64,000 nucleotides of DNA from Paraspadella gotoi (GCA_051294375.1 CM119268.1:1606885-1670884), one strand, 5' to 3'; counted from the first letter of the stretch, positions 25,690 through 37,599 are shown. Made by a program: numbers and translations. The notes: a model not told the origin generated them from the letters alone.

Positions 25690-27858
25690 AGTCTGGACCG
25701 CATTTTCGTCTATTTTGTTGCCAATTTTGTTGATTGCCTTCTTTCGTTGGCTTCTTTTTCTTGGATTCAATAAAACTTTCTTCGGATTTTTCATTCTCGA
25801 ATCTCTGCTGACTCAACTGCTTGGAAAAATTGCCTGTCTCTACCTTTAAGTATTTATTTATAAGCAAAGAACAATTTTTGAAAAGATTAAATCATTTCAT
25901 GCGTGAAATCTTAAGATCCACTTCTGAAGACGAGATTTTATTGCGTTGAAAACATTTCAGTTATTTCAAGTTACGAAAAAGTATTTACCTATATTTTTTN
26001 NNNNNNNNNNNNNNNNNNNNNNNNNNNNNNNNNNNNNNNNNNNNNNNNNNNNNNNNNNNNNNNNNNNNNNNNNNNNNNNNNNNNNNNNNNNNNNNNNNNN
26101 NNNNNNNNNNNNNNNNNNNNNNNNNNNNNNNNNNNNNNNNNNNNNNNNNNNNNNNNNNNNNNNNNNNNNNNNNNNNNNNNNNNNNNNNNNNNNNNNNNNN
26201 NNNNNNNNNNGTCGTCCGGAATTCTCGGAACCACGCACCTGATTAAGATATAAAGATTTTCCACGAATTTTCATTTTTTAATTATACATACATTGAAACA
26301 GGATCTTTCATAACTTGATTAATTAATTAATCAGTCGCTGACTTACACGTATTCTTTGCAAGAGGTGGTCGTAGCGGGTTCGAGAATTAGGCTGCCGTAA
26401 AAGGGACAATCAAGGTTCCGCTTGAAGGTCTCCAACTCGCTCGTTCCCTCTTCCGGAATATTTTCACACGGGAGACAGATATCGCGCTCCTGACCGCAGA
26501 TGGAAAGCCCACCGACGCCTCTCACGGTGCCCTTGGGGCAAACTTGGCCCGGGAGGAATTTCTGAGTACAGGGTCGAGGTTATGGAAGCTGTTAGCGTAT
26601 TGTATATAGTATTTAATTTGACTATAGAGTGTAGGGAAAAGGTAAAATATTTTAGTAACGGCTATATTAAAAAAACTTTATCCTTCATNNNNNNNNNNNN
26701 NNNNNNNNNNNNNNNNNNNNNNNNNNNNNNNNNNNNNNNNNNNNNNNNNNNNNNNNNNNNNNNNNNNNNNNNNNNNNNNNNNNNNNNNNNNNNNNNNNNN
26801 NNNNNNNNNNNNNNNNNNNNNNNNNNNNNNNNNNNNNNNNNNNNNNNNNNNNNNNNNNNNNNNNNNNNNNNNNNNNNNNNNNNNNNNNNNNNNNNNNNNN
26901 NNNNNNNNNNNNNNNNNNNNNNNNNNNNNNNNNNNNNNNNNNNNNNNNNNNNNNNNATATGAAGTAGGAAGCAGTACATCGAAAACGCGTTCCAGCGGAG
27001 AGAGAAAAAAAACAAAAAAATATTTCAACGATTAAGTTTAAACTTAAAANNNNNNNNNNAGTCGCGCTTGCAGACGCTGCTGTTGCGATCTTCCGCGCAG
27101 ACCGTGTAGGCGGCGCCGCATTGATCTTGGGACGCGACCTTTCGCATGCAGGTCGTGTCGCAAATCTACGAAATTCGTCGACTATATAGTTTGTATTTAT
27201 AATTTGTACATTTTATAATTTGATTGTATTACTGTACGAGTCATGCGACTGTATAAAGTGACAATCAGGCTGACGGACATTAGGTGTTCCTAAAACAAAG
27301 TTCGTAGGCCTGAGGACACCGCGAGGAGCCAGGCTCGCCGTGCCTCTCTGACAGTGTGGATAGCCCCCAGCTGTCCCACACTTGGTGTTCCCAGTGGGTC
27401 TGGTAGATTTTTCCGTCAGTTGCCTTGCTTTCAGAAACTTCGGAAAAGCGAGACCGTGCTAGGGTAACCGCGCCAGTGATAGGAGGCGTCACCCCCAGAG
27501 CCAGCAGTGAGATGCCCCATCCCAAAGGGCATCCCAGACAACCCGGCTGTTGCCATGACGCCCGCTATTACTCCACCGAGGCTGCGGTGGCGACGACGGG
27601 CGTCACTCGCCTGGTCCTCGGGCGCCGGCGGCGGGGTCCATTCGCAGGTTGCCTCGAAACACCCGGTCTCCGAGTTGTTCTTCCCGCGCGCGTTGTACGT
27701 CCAGCACGTATCCGGATATCCGGCCATCGCGGACTCGGTGCACGTGTTGTTGTAATCGTCGGGTTCGTTGCATTCGATGCATTTGATGACNNNNNNNNNN
27801 NNNNNNNNNNNNNNNTCGCCAACCGCAACGTCTTTGTCGAGACGCCGTGGAAAGGCGC
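24670..27858 (-). CDS. Multi-exon cysteine-rich, probably secreted or GPI-anchored protein; exons 27858-27611, 27165-27060(gap), 26561-26347, 26238-26211(gap), 25538-25425, 24761-24670
   Basis: GC-rich exons with AG acceptors and phase-compatible junctions: VIKCIECNEPDDYNNTCTE...CEWTPPPAPEDQ|ICDTTCMRKVASQDQCGAAYTVCAEDRNSSVCKRD..KFLPGQVCPKG...TSCKEYV|CVVPRIPDD..DSRSVPPDNGVCTPFNDDGRPGMNDDDDDYDDDMDELY|VELPPLQNEAKQHHFPPSCIICFSLLMIPS*. The last exon and GPI interpretation are less certain. N gaps hide parts of the gene. Confidence 0.7.
24921..25084 (-). mobile_element. tRNA-derived SINE (second degenerate copy at ~27312-27470)
   Basis: Minus strand A box TAGCGCAATGG and B-box-like GGTTCTTCTCC. 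Body tcgcc.tgcctctctg..cccacactt..cagttgccttgctttc recurs at 27335-27432. Confidence 0.55.
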
Positions 27859-29592
27859 CTGGATGGGAGGGTGGAGAGGTGTGGAAATGAAAATGAGTGA
27901 TGGAGCTGAAGGAAGAGGAGAGATGAAGAGAGAGAGACGGAGAGGGGGAGAGAGATGCGGAGATGAGAGAGGGAGATGAGAGGAGAGAGAGAGGAGAGAG
28001 GGAGAGAGAGTGAGATGGAGGAGAGAGAGAGAGAGGAATTGATGAGAGAGAGAGAGAGAGAGAAGAGAGAGAGAGCGAATGGAAGAAAGGAGAGACGAGA
28101 GAGAGAGAGAGATAGAGAGAGAGAGGAGAGAGAGTATAGAGTGTGTGTAGAATGATAGACACCCTTGGAAGATAGGAGACTATTTCATAACCCAAACGAA
28201 TTGAAGAAAAGTGTAAAATTTGATTTCATCGACTGCCCACACCGCTACGCGACCAATAACATCTTACGGCCTCTCTGGAAATTTATGATTTTATTCGATA
28301 TGAACGGCTGTGTTTGCGACCTTTCTAGTCTCTGATAGGATTTTTATAGAATAATAAACGATTATAATACCTGGGGCCCCTCGAGGAGAGGGGCTATCGG
28401 ATCTATTCTCACCTTCAGAGATTCAATTATGGACAGAAAAAATTGAAAGTCCGCAGGACTGGGGATCTTTCGCCGCATTTCTCTCGAGAGGAGCAAGCGA
28501 TTTTAATTACGCTGAGGACAAGTGGGTGTACTCCCTCATTCCTTCGTTTTCTGGAGTGATCGGCGAAATAACTGAAATCTACGCGGACAATCCCAAGCAT
28601 ATATCTTCTCGAAACGTCCCTTTTTTCCTTCTGTCGCCCCCGAATTAAGTATTATCAAAAATAGAAATTCTGTTATTTCTTCATGCTTCTTCTTCGACGC
28701 GAGATCCGCGCGTGGGGTTTTTTATTAATTTCCACTTTTTTATGTCTCGAATTGTTGTGTGTTCTCTAGTTATTGTTTTTTACCATTTTTGATTTTTCAA
28801 AGTTGGAATGGCCTCGGAAGTTATTTTTAGCACCCGCCTGCAGATTTTTCACACTGTGACATTCCTCAGCAGTCGGGCAGGGGCATCTTGACCCCTTGCC
28901 GGCCTGGCGAAAACCCCGGGGCACCTACTCACCCTGACGCATGCCTGGTGAAACGCCCAGCGACCGTGCCGAAAAGCTTCGCGTTTGGCTTGGCGCGCTG
29001 TCACTGTCGAACTTTAACGCTTTTTTTCGTCCTCATCGCGGTGCGATTGTTAATTATTTCCCACTCCTTTTGTGGTGAGAGAACGATTGGTCGTGTATTT
29101 AGCTTACTCACTATTGCCCTGCCATCGAACTTTGTAATGCTACGGTTGTGTTTTCCTCTACATACACACTAATCCTAGCTTTCAAATTCTGCATTAGTCC
29201 TCCTCTTCATTCTTTATTCGCTAACTCCCCTTGTCTCTGGTTTCCCTTGTCTCTTATTTTCCGGAATCCTGGCGGGGAATGTCGTCTTCCCAAGGGTTGA
29301 TTCTGGAAATGTGACCAAAAAAAAAAGAGCATCGGGAATTTCACAAGCATTTTCTTCAGTATATTCAAAATCTCTCTCTCTCCTCTCTCTTCTGTCTCTC
29401 TGCTCTCTCTCTCTCTTTTGTGGCAAGAAGACTCATCGATCATTTCTACACCTCAGGAACTCCGCGATGGGAAAAACTGCGGGTCGAAACACCCCCGGAG
29501 TTCTCCGGACCTCTCTCTCTACTCCTCTGCATGGAGAGAGGGAGATCGGACGGGGATCGATCTGACTCTCTCTCTCTGTTTCTGAAAAAGAG

Positions 29593-31150
29593 TAAATGTT
29601 TAAAATTGCGAGGATTAGGAAAAGAGCTGCACACAATCTGTTAAACGAGAAGAATAGCTTAGAATACATCAGTTCTTGTAATTATATGAAATGAAGAGTA
29701 ATAATTTCTCAGAAACGTTGCCTTTTAAGGCAGTGTAAAACACTTGGCCTGCAAGCCCCACTTTTGCTTTTTCAATTTATTTCTCTCTCTCTCTCTCTCT
29801 TCCTCTTTTCTTCTCTCTCTCTCGTACTCTGTGCGTCACCTTTCCGTTTGAATATATTCCCCCAACGTTCAGCGTTGATTTTTCTTTTTTTCCGTTTTTT
29901 TATTTTGTTCCAACTCATGATTTTCAGGAATCGCTCTTTTTCTGTAATTTGGATACCAAAAGTGTGGATATATCTCTTAGTTTATTTACGTTTATGCTTT
30001 TTTTTAACTTACCAAATTCCAAATGTGTTCTAATGATATGACATCACGTGATACGAACCCTTATTCCCGAACAGGTTAAGGGCCAACTCGCGGGATTTAA
30101 ACTATACCCAGTTGAATCTCATCGGCGGGGAAACGAGACGAAGAGGTGAAAACCAAAACACCGAGAGCAACTAGGATCAACTTTCATTTAGAATTTGAGT
30201 CCCAAAACATGGAGAAAAAAACATGGGGGAGACAGAGAAAACCATGGAATCGGGGGTTCAAGGTAAATTTAATCGACTTGTTTCGATTAGATGGCTCGTT
30301 CTTTTCCAGTTCATTACGATTAATTAAAGGGGGAGGAAAAAAACTCGTTGTTCGAGTCGAGTCGAAGTCGCTCCCGGGTCGCTTTCCAAGTCTTCGAATG
30401 ATTTGAGAGATTAGATCGAACAAAAACTTCGACGTCTTGAGAATTCTCGACGCACGTGACAACTCAGGAGCGTAGTCGGAGTTTGAATCCATGAAGGTTA
30501 AGAGGCGCGTGGAGGACGCTCGGGCATTTCGAACGAAGCCTTTAATTTTCATTCTCGCAACATTTCATTTGATTTATTTATTAAAAGTATTATTAAATAT
30601 AAATATTATTTGATTAAGATAACGGATGACATTATTATATGTAAAGACTAAAAACGGGTTATTTATTTTAAAAAAAGATAAATTCCAAATAGAACACGTT
30701 AAAAATATATTACGCAAATACAAAGAAGATCCCAAAAAAAAGGTAAATCTCGTTTTTGCCAACAGGTTTTATCACCGTGCGAGTGTAAAAGGCCGTCACA
30801 GAAAAGCAATATGACTAGAATGAAAATAAAAATTGGAAAACAGAAATATCTACATCAAATGTAATTAAATCAATGGTAAGTCTGATCTTGAGGATCATAA
30901 AATACCTATCACATAAGGACCCTAAGATTGCCTATTATTTAGCAGTGATTCCTAAAGACACGTTGAAAAATGCTGCCTTCCTTCCAAATCCCAGATTGAA
31001 AATTTTCCGTCACGCTTAGCCTTAACACATGCCGCGTGTTTAAATCCATTTCGTACGATATTGGACAATTCTGTGAGCTAATCGAGGTTTGTATTTGACG
31101 TTGACCTCGTCGATGCCACTTTGTCACGATCCGTCTTTATTTGTACGATG
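29593..31150 (+). repeat. ~1.5 kb duplication, copy 1 (partner 31451-33150)
   Basis: Colinear similarity from aaatgttt..gaaagagctgcacacaatctg to gtcacgatccg..cgatgatcga. Confidence 0.9.
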
Positions 31151-31405
31151 ATCGATACGATCGCCCGGCGGAGGGCAGCACTTGTACTCGTAGACGCAAA
31201 CGCAGCCACTTTTCGTCTCGAAGTCTTCGGCCCAGTTTGTGTTGCAGACGAGGCTGGAGTTGGTCAGCGGGGGCGGACCGCAGACGAGCGGGCAGCTGCG
31301 AGGTGAGGAAACCATCGGGTAAGTTAAACTTGAGTAAGAGGTTAAACTAAGAATGATGTCAACTTACGAAACTCCGCCGTTCCCGCGTTTTTGAATGTCG
31401 TGACT
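31124..31405 (-). CDS. Small Cys-rich propeptide-like gene, last two exons (31405-31368, 31295-31124)
   Basis: ccag|AGT...TC|gtaagt and cgcag|C give a phase-2-compatible join: SHDIQKR-GNGGVSCPLVCGPPPLTNSSLVCNTNWAEDFETKSGCVCVYEYKCCPPPGDRIDHRTNKDGS*. The upstream exon is not identified (N gap at 31425). Confidence 0.62.
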
Positions 31406-31450
31406 CTGGAGGTGACAAAAAAAANNNNNNNNNNNNNNNNNNNNNNNNNT

Positions 31451-31957
31451 AAAATGTTTTAAATGCGAATTAGAAATGTGGATAAGGCGCTAAGTGGGCT
31501 GTCGAAGATGACTATCTCGCTAACTTTCTTTAACCCCCTCTAGCAGCTATGGAACTGGGTCCTGGGCTTGGAACCAGGGGCTTTGATGGGTTTTCCACGC
31601 CCCCAAGGACAGGCCTTTACGGGCCGTCCTCACACTTCCGCCAGAGTAGGTACCGGGTTTGCGGTAAATTGAACCCACTGGTACCTAGTGGTCTTGATGG
31701 CTTTACTTTCAATGAGCCACCGTGAGTAAAGGACTGAAGGTGTTCATGCTCCTTAGAGGCGCGTGGTGAACTTTGCTATTGCCGACTACAGAAAGAGCTG
31801 CACACAATCTGTTAAACGCAGAAGAATAGTTAGAATACATCAGTTGCTGTAATTATATGAAATAGAGTATATAATTTCTCAAAAACGTTGCTTAGCTAGT
31901 TGTAAAACACTTGGCCTCAAGCCCCACTTTTTGCTTTTCAATTTATTTCTCTTCTCT

Positions 31958-32002
<45 letters not shown>

Positions 32003-33150
32003 GTCACCTTTCGTTTGATATATTCCCCCAACGTTTCAGGTTGATTTTTCTTTTTTTCCGTTTTTTTTATTTGTTCCGACTCATCAAGAATCACTTTTTC
32101 TGTAATATGATACCAAAAGTGTGGATATTATCTCCTAGTTTTTATTTACGTTTATGCTTTTTTAACTTACAAATTCCAAATGTTCTAATCATACGAACCC
32201 TTATTCCCGAAAGGGGTAAGGGCCAACTCGCGTTTAAACTTACCCACGTTGAATCTCATCGGCGAAACCGAGACGAAGAGGAAAACAACAACAACAACTA
32301 GGATCAACTTCATTTAGATTTTGAGTCCAAAACATGGAAAAAACATGGAGAAACATGGAATCGGTTCAAGTATTTAATCACTTGTTCGATAGATGGCTCG
32401 TTCTTTTCAGTTCATTACGATAATTAAAGGGGAAAACTCGTTGGTCGAGTCGAGTCGAGTCGCCGGTCGCTTTCCAAGTCTTCGAATGATTTGAGATTAG
32501 ATCGAACAAAAACTTCGACGTTGGAGATTCTCGACGCACGTGACAACTCCAGCGATGCGTAGTCGAGTTTGTCCATGAAGTTAAGAGGCGCGGGTGGACG
32601 CTCTGGCATCGAACGATGCCTAATTCATTCTCGCAACATTTCATTTGATTTATTTATTAAGTATTATTATATAAATATTATTGATAAGATAACGGATGAC
32701 ATTATTATATGTAAATACTAAAACGGTAAAAAAGATAAATTTCAATAGACACGTTAAAAATATTACGAAATACAAAGAAGATCCCAAAAAAAGTAAATCG
32801 TTTTTGCCAAACAGGTTTTATCACGTGCGAGTAAAGGCCGTCCACAGAAAAGGCATGAAAATAAAAATTGGAAATATTACATCAAATTAAATCAATGTAA
32901 GTCTGATCTTGAATCATAAAATACCTAAACATAATGGATCCTAAGATGCTATATTTAGCAGTGATCCTAAACACGTTGAAAATGCTGCCTTCCTTCAAAT
33001 CCCAGATTGAAAATTCTTCCGTCACGCTAGCTTAACACGCGTTTAATCCATTCGTACGATATTACAATTCTGTGAGCTAATCGAGTTTGATTTGACTGAC
33101 TCGTCGAGCCACTTATGTCACGATCCGCATTTAATTGTTATCGATGATCG
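31451..33150 (+). repeat. ~1.5 kb duplication, copy 2, with a 314-bp insertion and many small deletions
   Basis: Aligns by eye to 29593-31150 apart from the 31477-31790 insert. Confidence 0.9.
31477..31790. mobile_element. Solo-LTR-like element (TGT...ACA, 4-bp TSD GAAA) with antisense tRNA-like A/B boxes
   Basis: GAAA at 31473-31476 and 31791-31794; empty site at ~29615-29630. Related copies at 45322-45520, 49573-49770, 9862-10013 and 18488-18630. Confidence 0.7.
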
Positions 33151-33220
33151 ACCGAGCCGCGACCGATCACTTGACGATCCACGGAGCCAAAACCGATCAC
33201 TTCAGCTCTTTTGATTCTCC
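33138..33220 (-). CDS. Terminal exon of a short peptide precursor-like gene
   Basis: Polypyrimidine tract + TAG acceptor (33221-33222), then RIKR-AEVIGFGSVDR-QVIGRGSVDHR*. It has an internal peptide repeat, and the downstream sequence is homologous to that of the 31124 exon. Confidence 0.45.
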
Positions 33221-33346
33221 CTATCGAAAAAGAAAAAAAACTGGTTTTGATTCTTTTGAAGCCACACGTGATTGCGGCGCTGAGAACGCTTGGGGTCATT
33301 GGCCACACACACGGACGCACACACACACACAAAAGGGCAACGTTAG

Positions 33347-33574
33347 CCCATTTCGGCCTTATGCCCAAATGCCCAAATTTATCTTAAATTTGGAATTAAG
33401 TTAAATTTTTTTGTTGTAGACGAGGTTAATTGTTATAGTTAAGAATTAGGATTAGGGTTAAGGATTAAGGTTCAGGGTTAAGTATTAGGATTAGGGTTTA
33501 GAATTGGTTTATTAGTTTAAAAATAAATATTCAAGTTAAAATTCAATTCTTTCGGAAAAGAGAGCCGAAATGGG
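33347..33574. mobile_element. MITE-like element with 11-bp inverted repeats and internal degenerate TTAGGG array
   Basis: CCCATTTCGGC (33347-33357) / GCCGAAATGGG (33564-33574) flank ttaggattagggttaaggattaaggttcagggtt... Confidence 0.5.
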
Positions 33575-33597
33575 AGCGGTGAAATTTACATATTTTC

Positions 33598-33802
33598 TGA
33601 AGAGACAGTAATTATTGTTAGTGACAGAACCGTTTAATATAATCAGTCCCTGAGCTTCGGATCAGGCTGTAATACTATGTTACAGGCGGGTTAAGCGCCC
33701 CGTCCCTCTTAAATTCTCGGAACCCCGAACCTTTGGGTTGGGACTTGCTTGCTGCACCAATGGCCGCTGATGAACTGTTGGAGGATTTTAGTCCACCATA
33801 AT
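33598..33802 (-). mobile_element. Copy of the tRNA-containing subTIR/hairpin repeat with small internal deletions
   Basis: tgaagagacag...gtccaccataat termini present. Confidence 0.8.
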
Positions 33803-34365
33803 CCTTTAGAAAAGAATTGAAACGTCACGTGACCAAGTAGTAGTCGATTAATTCTGCCATCCATCTCATCTATTTAAATTTAAATTGACATTTTTTTTTA
33901 CGCGATAAGCAATATAAACAATAGTTCCCCGTTCATATAATTCTTCTTTTCCCCGGACGTAATAACATAATAAATTGACACAAACTAATTAAACCTGGAT
34001 TCTAACAAAAAGGAAGATTTACGCGCGATGCTCTTTTATTTCCTTTCTTGTCCTTTAGTAGTCGCCATTTGTTTTTGTTTTTGTTTTTTTTTTTAAATCA
34101 AAACAGTTTTTTGTTGATGATTCTTTCTCCTATTTTTTTTTCAGACGCGCCAAGTTTTATTAAAAATCTTTTCACTTTTTAAATCTATTTTTTCTCTCTC
34201 TCTCTCTTTTAGAAAAACTTTAAAAAAATTAGGAAATCGGATAAAATGAAAAACCGAGGCGAATACAGCGGGGAGCAGATAAAGCGACAAGGAATGAAAC
34301 TCTGCGAAAAGCGTTTCAATGAAAGTCAACGTCTTTTGTTTTCGGAGAGAAAAACGCGAGACTTT

Positions 34366-34660
34366 CGCCACCTAGCGAGTGCGACGCGAGGCGACGCGAG
34401 ACGAGAATTTTAACTCGGGGATTTCAAACGCCCTGTCGCTGTGACCCCGTACGAGACATTATAAACGAAATTAAATAAATAAAATAAATAAATAAAATAC
34501 CATAAAGTCCGACTTATTGCGCTCAACTGTTAACGTCGCATCGAGGATTACGTCGACGTTAAGGATGTGATTTAAAAAAAAAGGATTTAATTGGAAAACA
34601 CAAAATGACCCGGATGTACAATTAACCAACACAAGTAACCCCGGATGTAATTATGAAAAC
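34366..34660. promoter_or_regulatory. Putative (bidirectional) promoter upstream of the BAR-RhoGAP gene
   Basis: Two ETS-type CCGGATGT motifs (~34610, ~34641), CTCF-like CGCCACCTAGCG (34366) and a CpG-rich patch 200-490 bp before the ATG. Confidence 0.35.
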
Positions 34661-34856
34661 CACAATGTTAAAATTTGAAACGAAGCAAACACCGAACGGA
34701 GTTTTGATATCCGCTTAAAAAAAATAAATTTCGCGAAAATTAGATATTTAAAAAAAACCTTGAAAAAAAAATTATTTTTATTTTTTCTTACAATCTAATT
34801 TGTATTAATTTTCACGAATTTGGAAAAAAAAAATAAATAAAAGCGTAACCGCAAGG

Positions 34857-35025
34857 ATGCAGCGCGCGTTTAAGAAAAAAGTGGACAAGATCCAACAATC
34901 GGTCTCCAACACTTTTTCTCGATCTTCGGCCAAATCGGATCACGTGATCTCTGAGGAACTTCTCTGCCTCGACAAACGAGTCGACCTTTTGCACAACGTC
35001 TGCAAGGAAACCGTCAAGAAGTTGG
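34857..35025 (+). CDS. Exon 1 of an N-BAR + RhoGAP protein (ARHGAP17/ARHGAP44/SH3BP1, RICH/nadrin family)
   Basis: MQRAFKKKVDKIQQSVSNTFSRSSAKSDHVISEELLCLDKRVDLLHNVCKETVKKL resembles the recalled RICH1/ARHGAP17 N-terminus (MKKQFNRMKQLANQTVGRAEKTEVLSEDLLQIERRLDTVRSICHHSHKRL). It ends at a G|GTGAG donor (35026), phase 1. Confidence 0.8.
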
Positions 35026-35611
35026 GTGAGGAAAGAAATTATGGATTGTTGTTGTTGTCTTTGTTGTTTCAATTGTGGTTTCCATGCACTGTAAGCTAAA
35101 GCCGCGTCTGCCCGATTAATGACTGGCGAAAGTTTGAGTTGTGGCGACCGCTTTTTATAAATTCTTTTTTTTTTAGAGATCTTTGATATACACTTTTATT
35201 TTTAGTTTTATACTCCTTCGATATGCAGTGTACAGTATGCAATGTGCACCATGCAGTATGTTCTCCTAATCTAACTAGACTCAATTGTTTAACACAGCGA
35301 GAGGAAAGGAGAAATTTTAAAACACGGATAAACCTTGCAATTGTAGATATTTTTTTTGATTCCCATCTTTTTAATTTTTGTTTTCTTTCTAAAACTTTTT
35401 TTTTCTTATCAAAATTGATGTTTTTTTTCCACCGCCATCTGGAAATCGCTGTAAACAAAATTTACAATCAACATTAATTTCATTTCATTTTCTAAATATT
35501 TTTTTCTTTATTTTTTTTTCAATTGAATTCTTTGAAAAAATTATGAAAGTAGAAAAAGAGAGAATGGAGAAGAGGAAATCAGGAGAAAGAGATTAAGGAG
35601 AATAATGAAAA

Positions 35612-35650
<39 letters not shown>

Positions 35651-36167
35651 TGCGTAAAGACAAATCTCCCGAGGAAAGAAAATTCCTTTGTTTTTCTTTC
35701 TTTTTTTTTCTTTTCGTTAACCTTCCCCTTTTTTCTTTTTTTTAAATTTCTCTTCCGATATTTTTTCCTCTCTTATTCTCTATTCCTCTCTTATTCTCTA
35801 TTCCTCTCTCTTTTTTTTCTTTTCTTTCTTGTTCTTCTCATTTCTCTTCGTTTCTCGTTAAGATTTAATTGATTTTTCCTTTTTTTTCACTTGTTTTACT
35901 TTTATCCTTCTTTATGAAGGAGTCTTTCTTCCTTTCTTTCTTTTTTCTCCCCGCGCATGCGCAAAGGGTGTTGTCAAGATTAAGGGGTTGTTCGTCGGGC
36001 GAAAGAAATAGGAAGATTGCGTTGATTGCTTGACAATGCTTGATTGGTTCGACAAAGGGAAGAAATAAACGTTCGATGAATTGAGAGCCAAGCTAAAATT
36101 TCAGCGGCGGTAATCGTCAGTAATCGAAAGTTGAAGCATCGGCTCATCAAAAATCGATTGTAATTCC

Positions 36168-36181
36168 GTTGCTATGGAAAC
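36168..36181. promoter_or_regulatory. RFX X-box GTTGCTATGGAAAC
   Basis: Matches the X-box consensus; an NRF1-like GCGCATGCGCA lies at ~35953. Confidence 0.4.
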
Positions 36182-36398
36182 GACAGTTCGAAAGAATTCC
36201 ATCCCTTAAAAAAAATTTTTTTTTAAATTAAACAAAAAAAAAAACCCGAGTTCGTTCACCGGAATTGAAACGGAGATAAAATCTTCACCGCTCGCTCGCG
36301 CACTCTTCAAAAAAGTTTTAAAAATCCTTTATGCAAAGAGGGCATCGACGACGAAGTGACAGGCGGAAAGCGTTAAAAAATGGCAGAAGGAGAGAGAT

Positions 36399-36431
<33 letters not shown>

Positions 36432-36598
36432 AGAAGAGAGAGAGAGAAGAGAGAGACAGAGAGAAGAGAAACGAGAGAGCAATCGTGGAAACTAAAGTTT
36501 GGGAAGTATCCCAATATACTTTTATAATTTCGACAGTTTTCGAAATTTATTCATAGGCGACAAGTATCGGGGGATATAAAAGTTTCTCAGTGAGTGAC

Positions 36599-36639
<41 letters not shown>

Positions 36640-36673
36640 AGACGTAGAAGGAGAAGGGCGGAAGAGAAGAGGA

Positions 36674-36713
<40 letters not shown>

Positions 36714-37599
36714 TGTTTCATAACGAGTTGGTTCTCGCCTCATTACTTGTAATAGTTAGGTTAGCCTTTTTTTTTTTAAATGTTTTTTCTCTTCATTTTT
36801 CTTTTTCTTTCCTATCTTTTTTTCCTCTCTATTTTTTCTTTCCTCTCTATTTTTTATTTCCTCTCTATTTTCTTTTTGTCCACCAGCTTCTGGTTAACCA
36901 TTCCAGCTACTTTCCTTCTCGGCCTCATCACTCTGTCCTAAACGAAACCAACTTAACCTTTGCCTTTCGCCCTTTTCCTTCCCCTATCTTTTCATCTCTC
37001 CCTCCCATTTCCTTCCTCCCTTCCTCCCTCTCCCCTCTCTCTCCCTTCCTCCCTCTCCTTCTCTCCCTTTTANNNNNNNNNNNNNNNNNNNNNNNNNNNN
37101 NNNNNNNNNNNNNNNNNNNNNNNNNNNNNNNNNNNNNNNNNNNNNNNNNNNNNNNNNNNNNNNNNNNNNNNNCATCATTGTTAAATAGTTTTAAATATTT
37201 AGTTAATTGTTCGAATTAATATCGGTATTTAATAGGATATACCATAACGTTACTAACGCTTAAATTCTCAAACTCGATCCCTCTATTCTATGATTTCAAT
37301 TGGTTGATATTTAGTTCTTCCATCTGATTGGACAGAGACCTTTCTGTAATCCAATGTATTGAGCTATATTCGTCAAAAGTCGAAGTCGTTTTTAAATTGG
37401 TTGATGATGATGTTAATGATGACGACGATCAAAATTGCGATGATGGGTTAGAGGCCGAAGGGTGTGAATTGTGACAAACGTGAATTACTAGGGATGGTGT
37501 GATTTGATGTCAAGTGAATCTCTTGTAATTTCGAGGAAATCTGGAAAAAAAAATCTCGAGGCATCCGTAGATTGATTAATATAAAGCGATGCCAAAAAA

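Noticed and set aside
27431-27610. Gly/Ala-rich hydrophobic tail of ORF 27431-28195 as a TM segment
   Set aside because: Lies beyond the likely splice donor and runs into a SINE copy.
33440-33510. True telomere
   Set aside because: Short, degenerate and interstitial.
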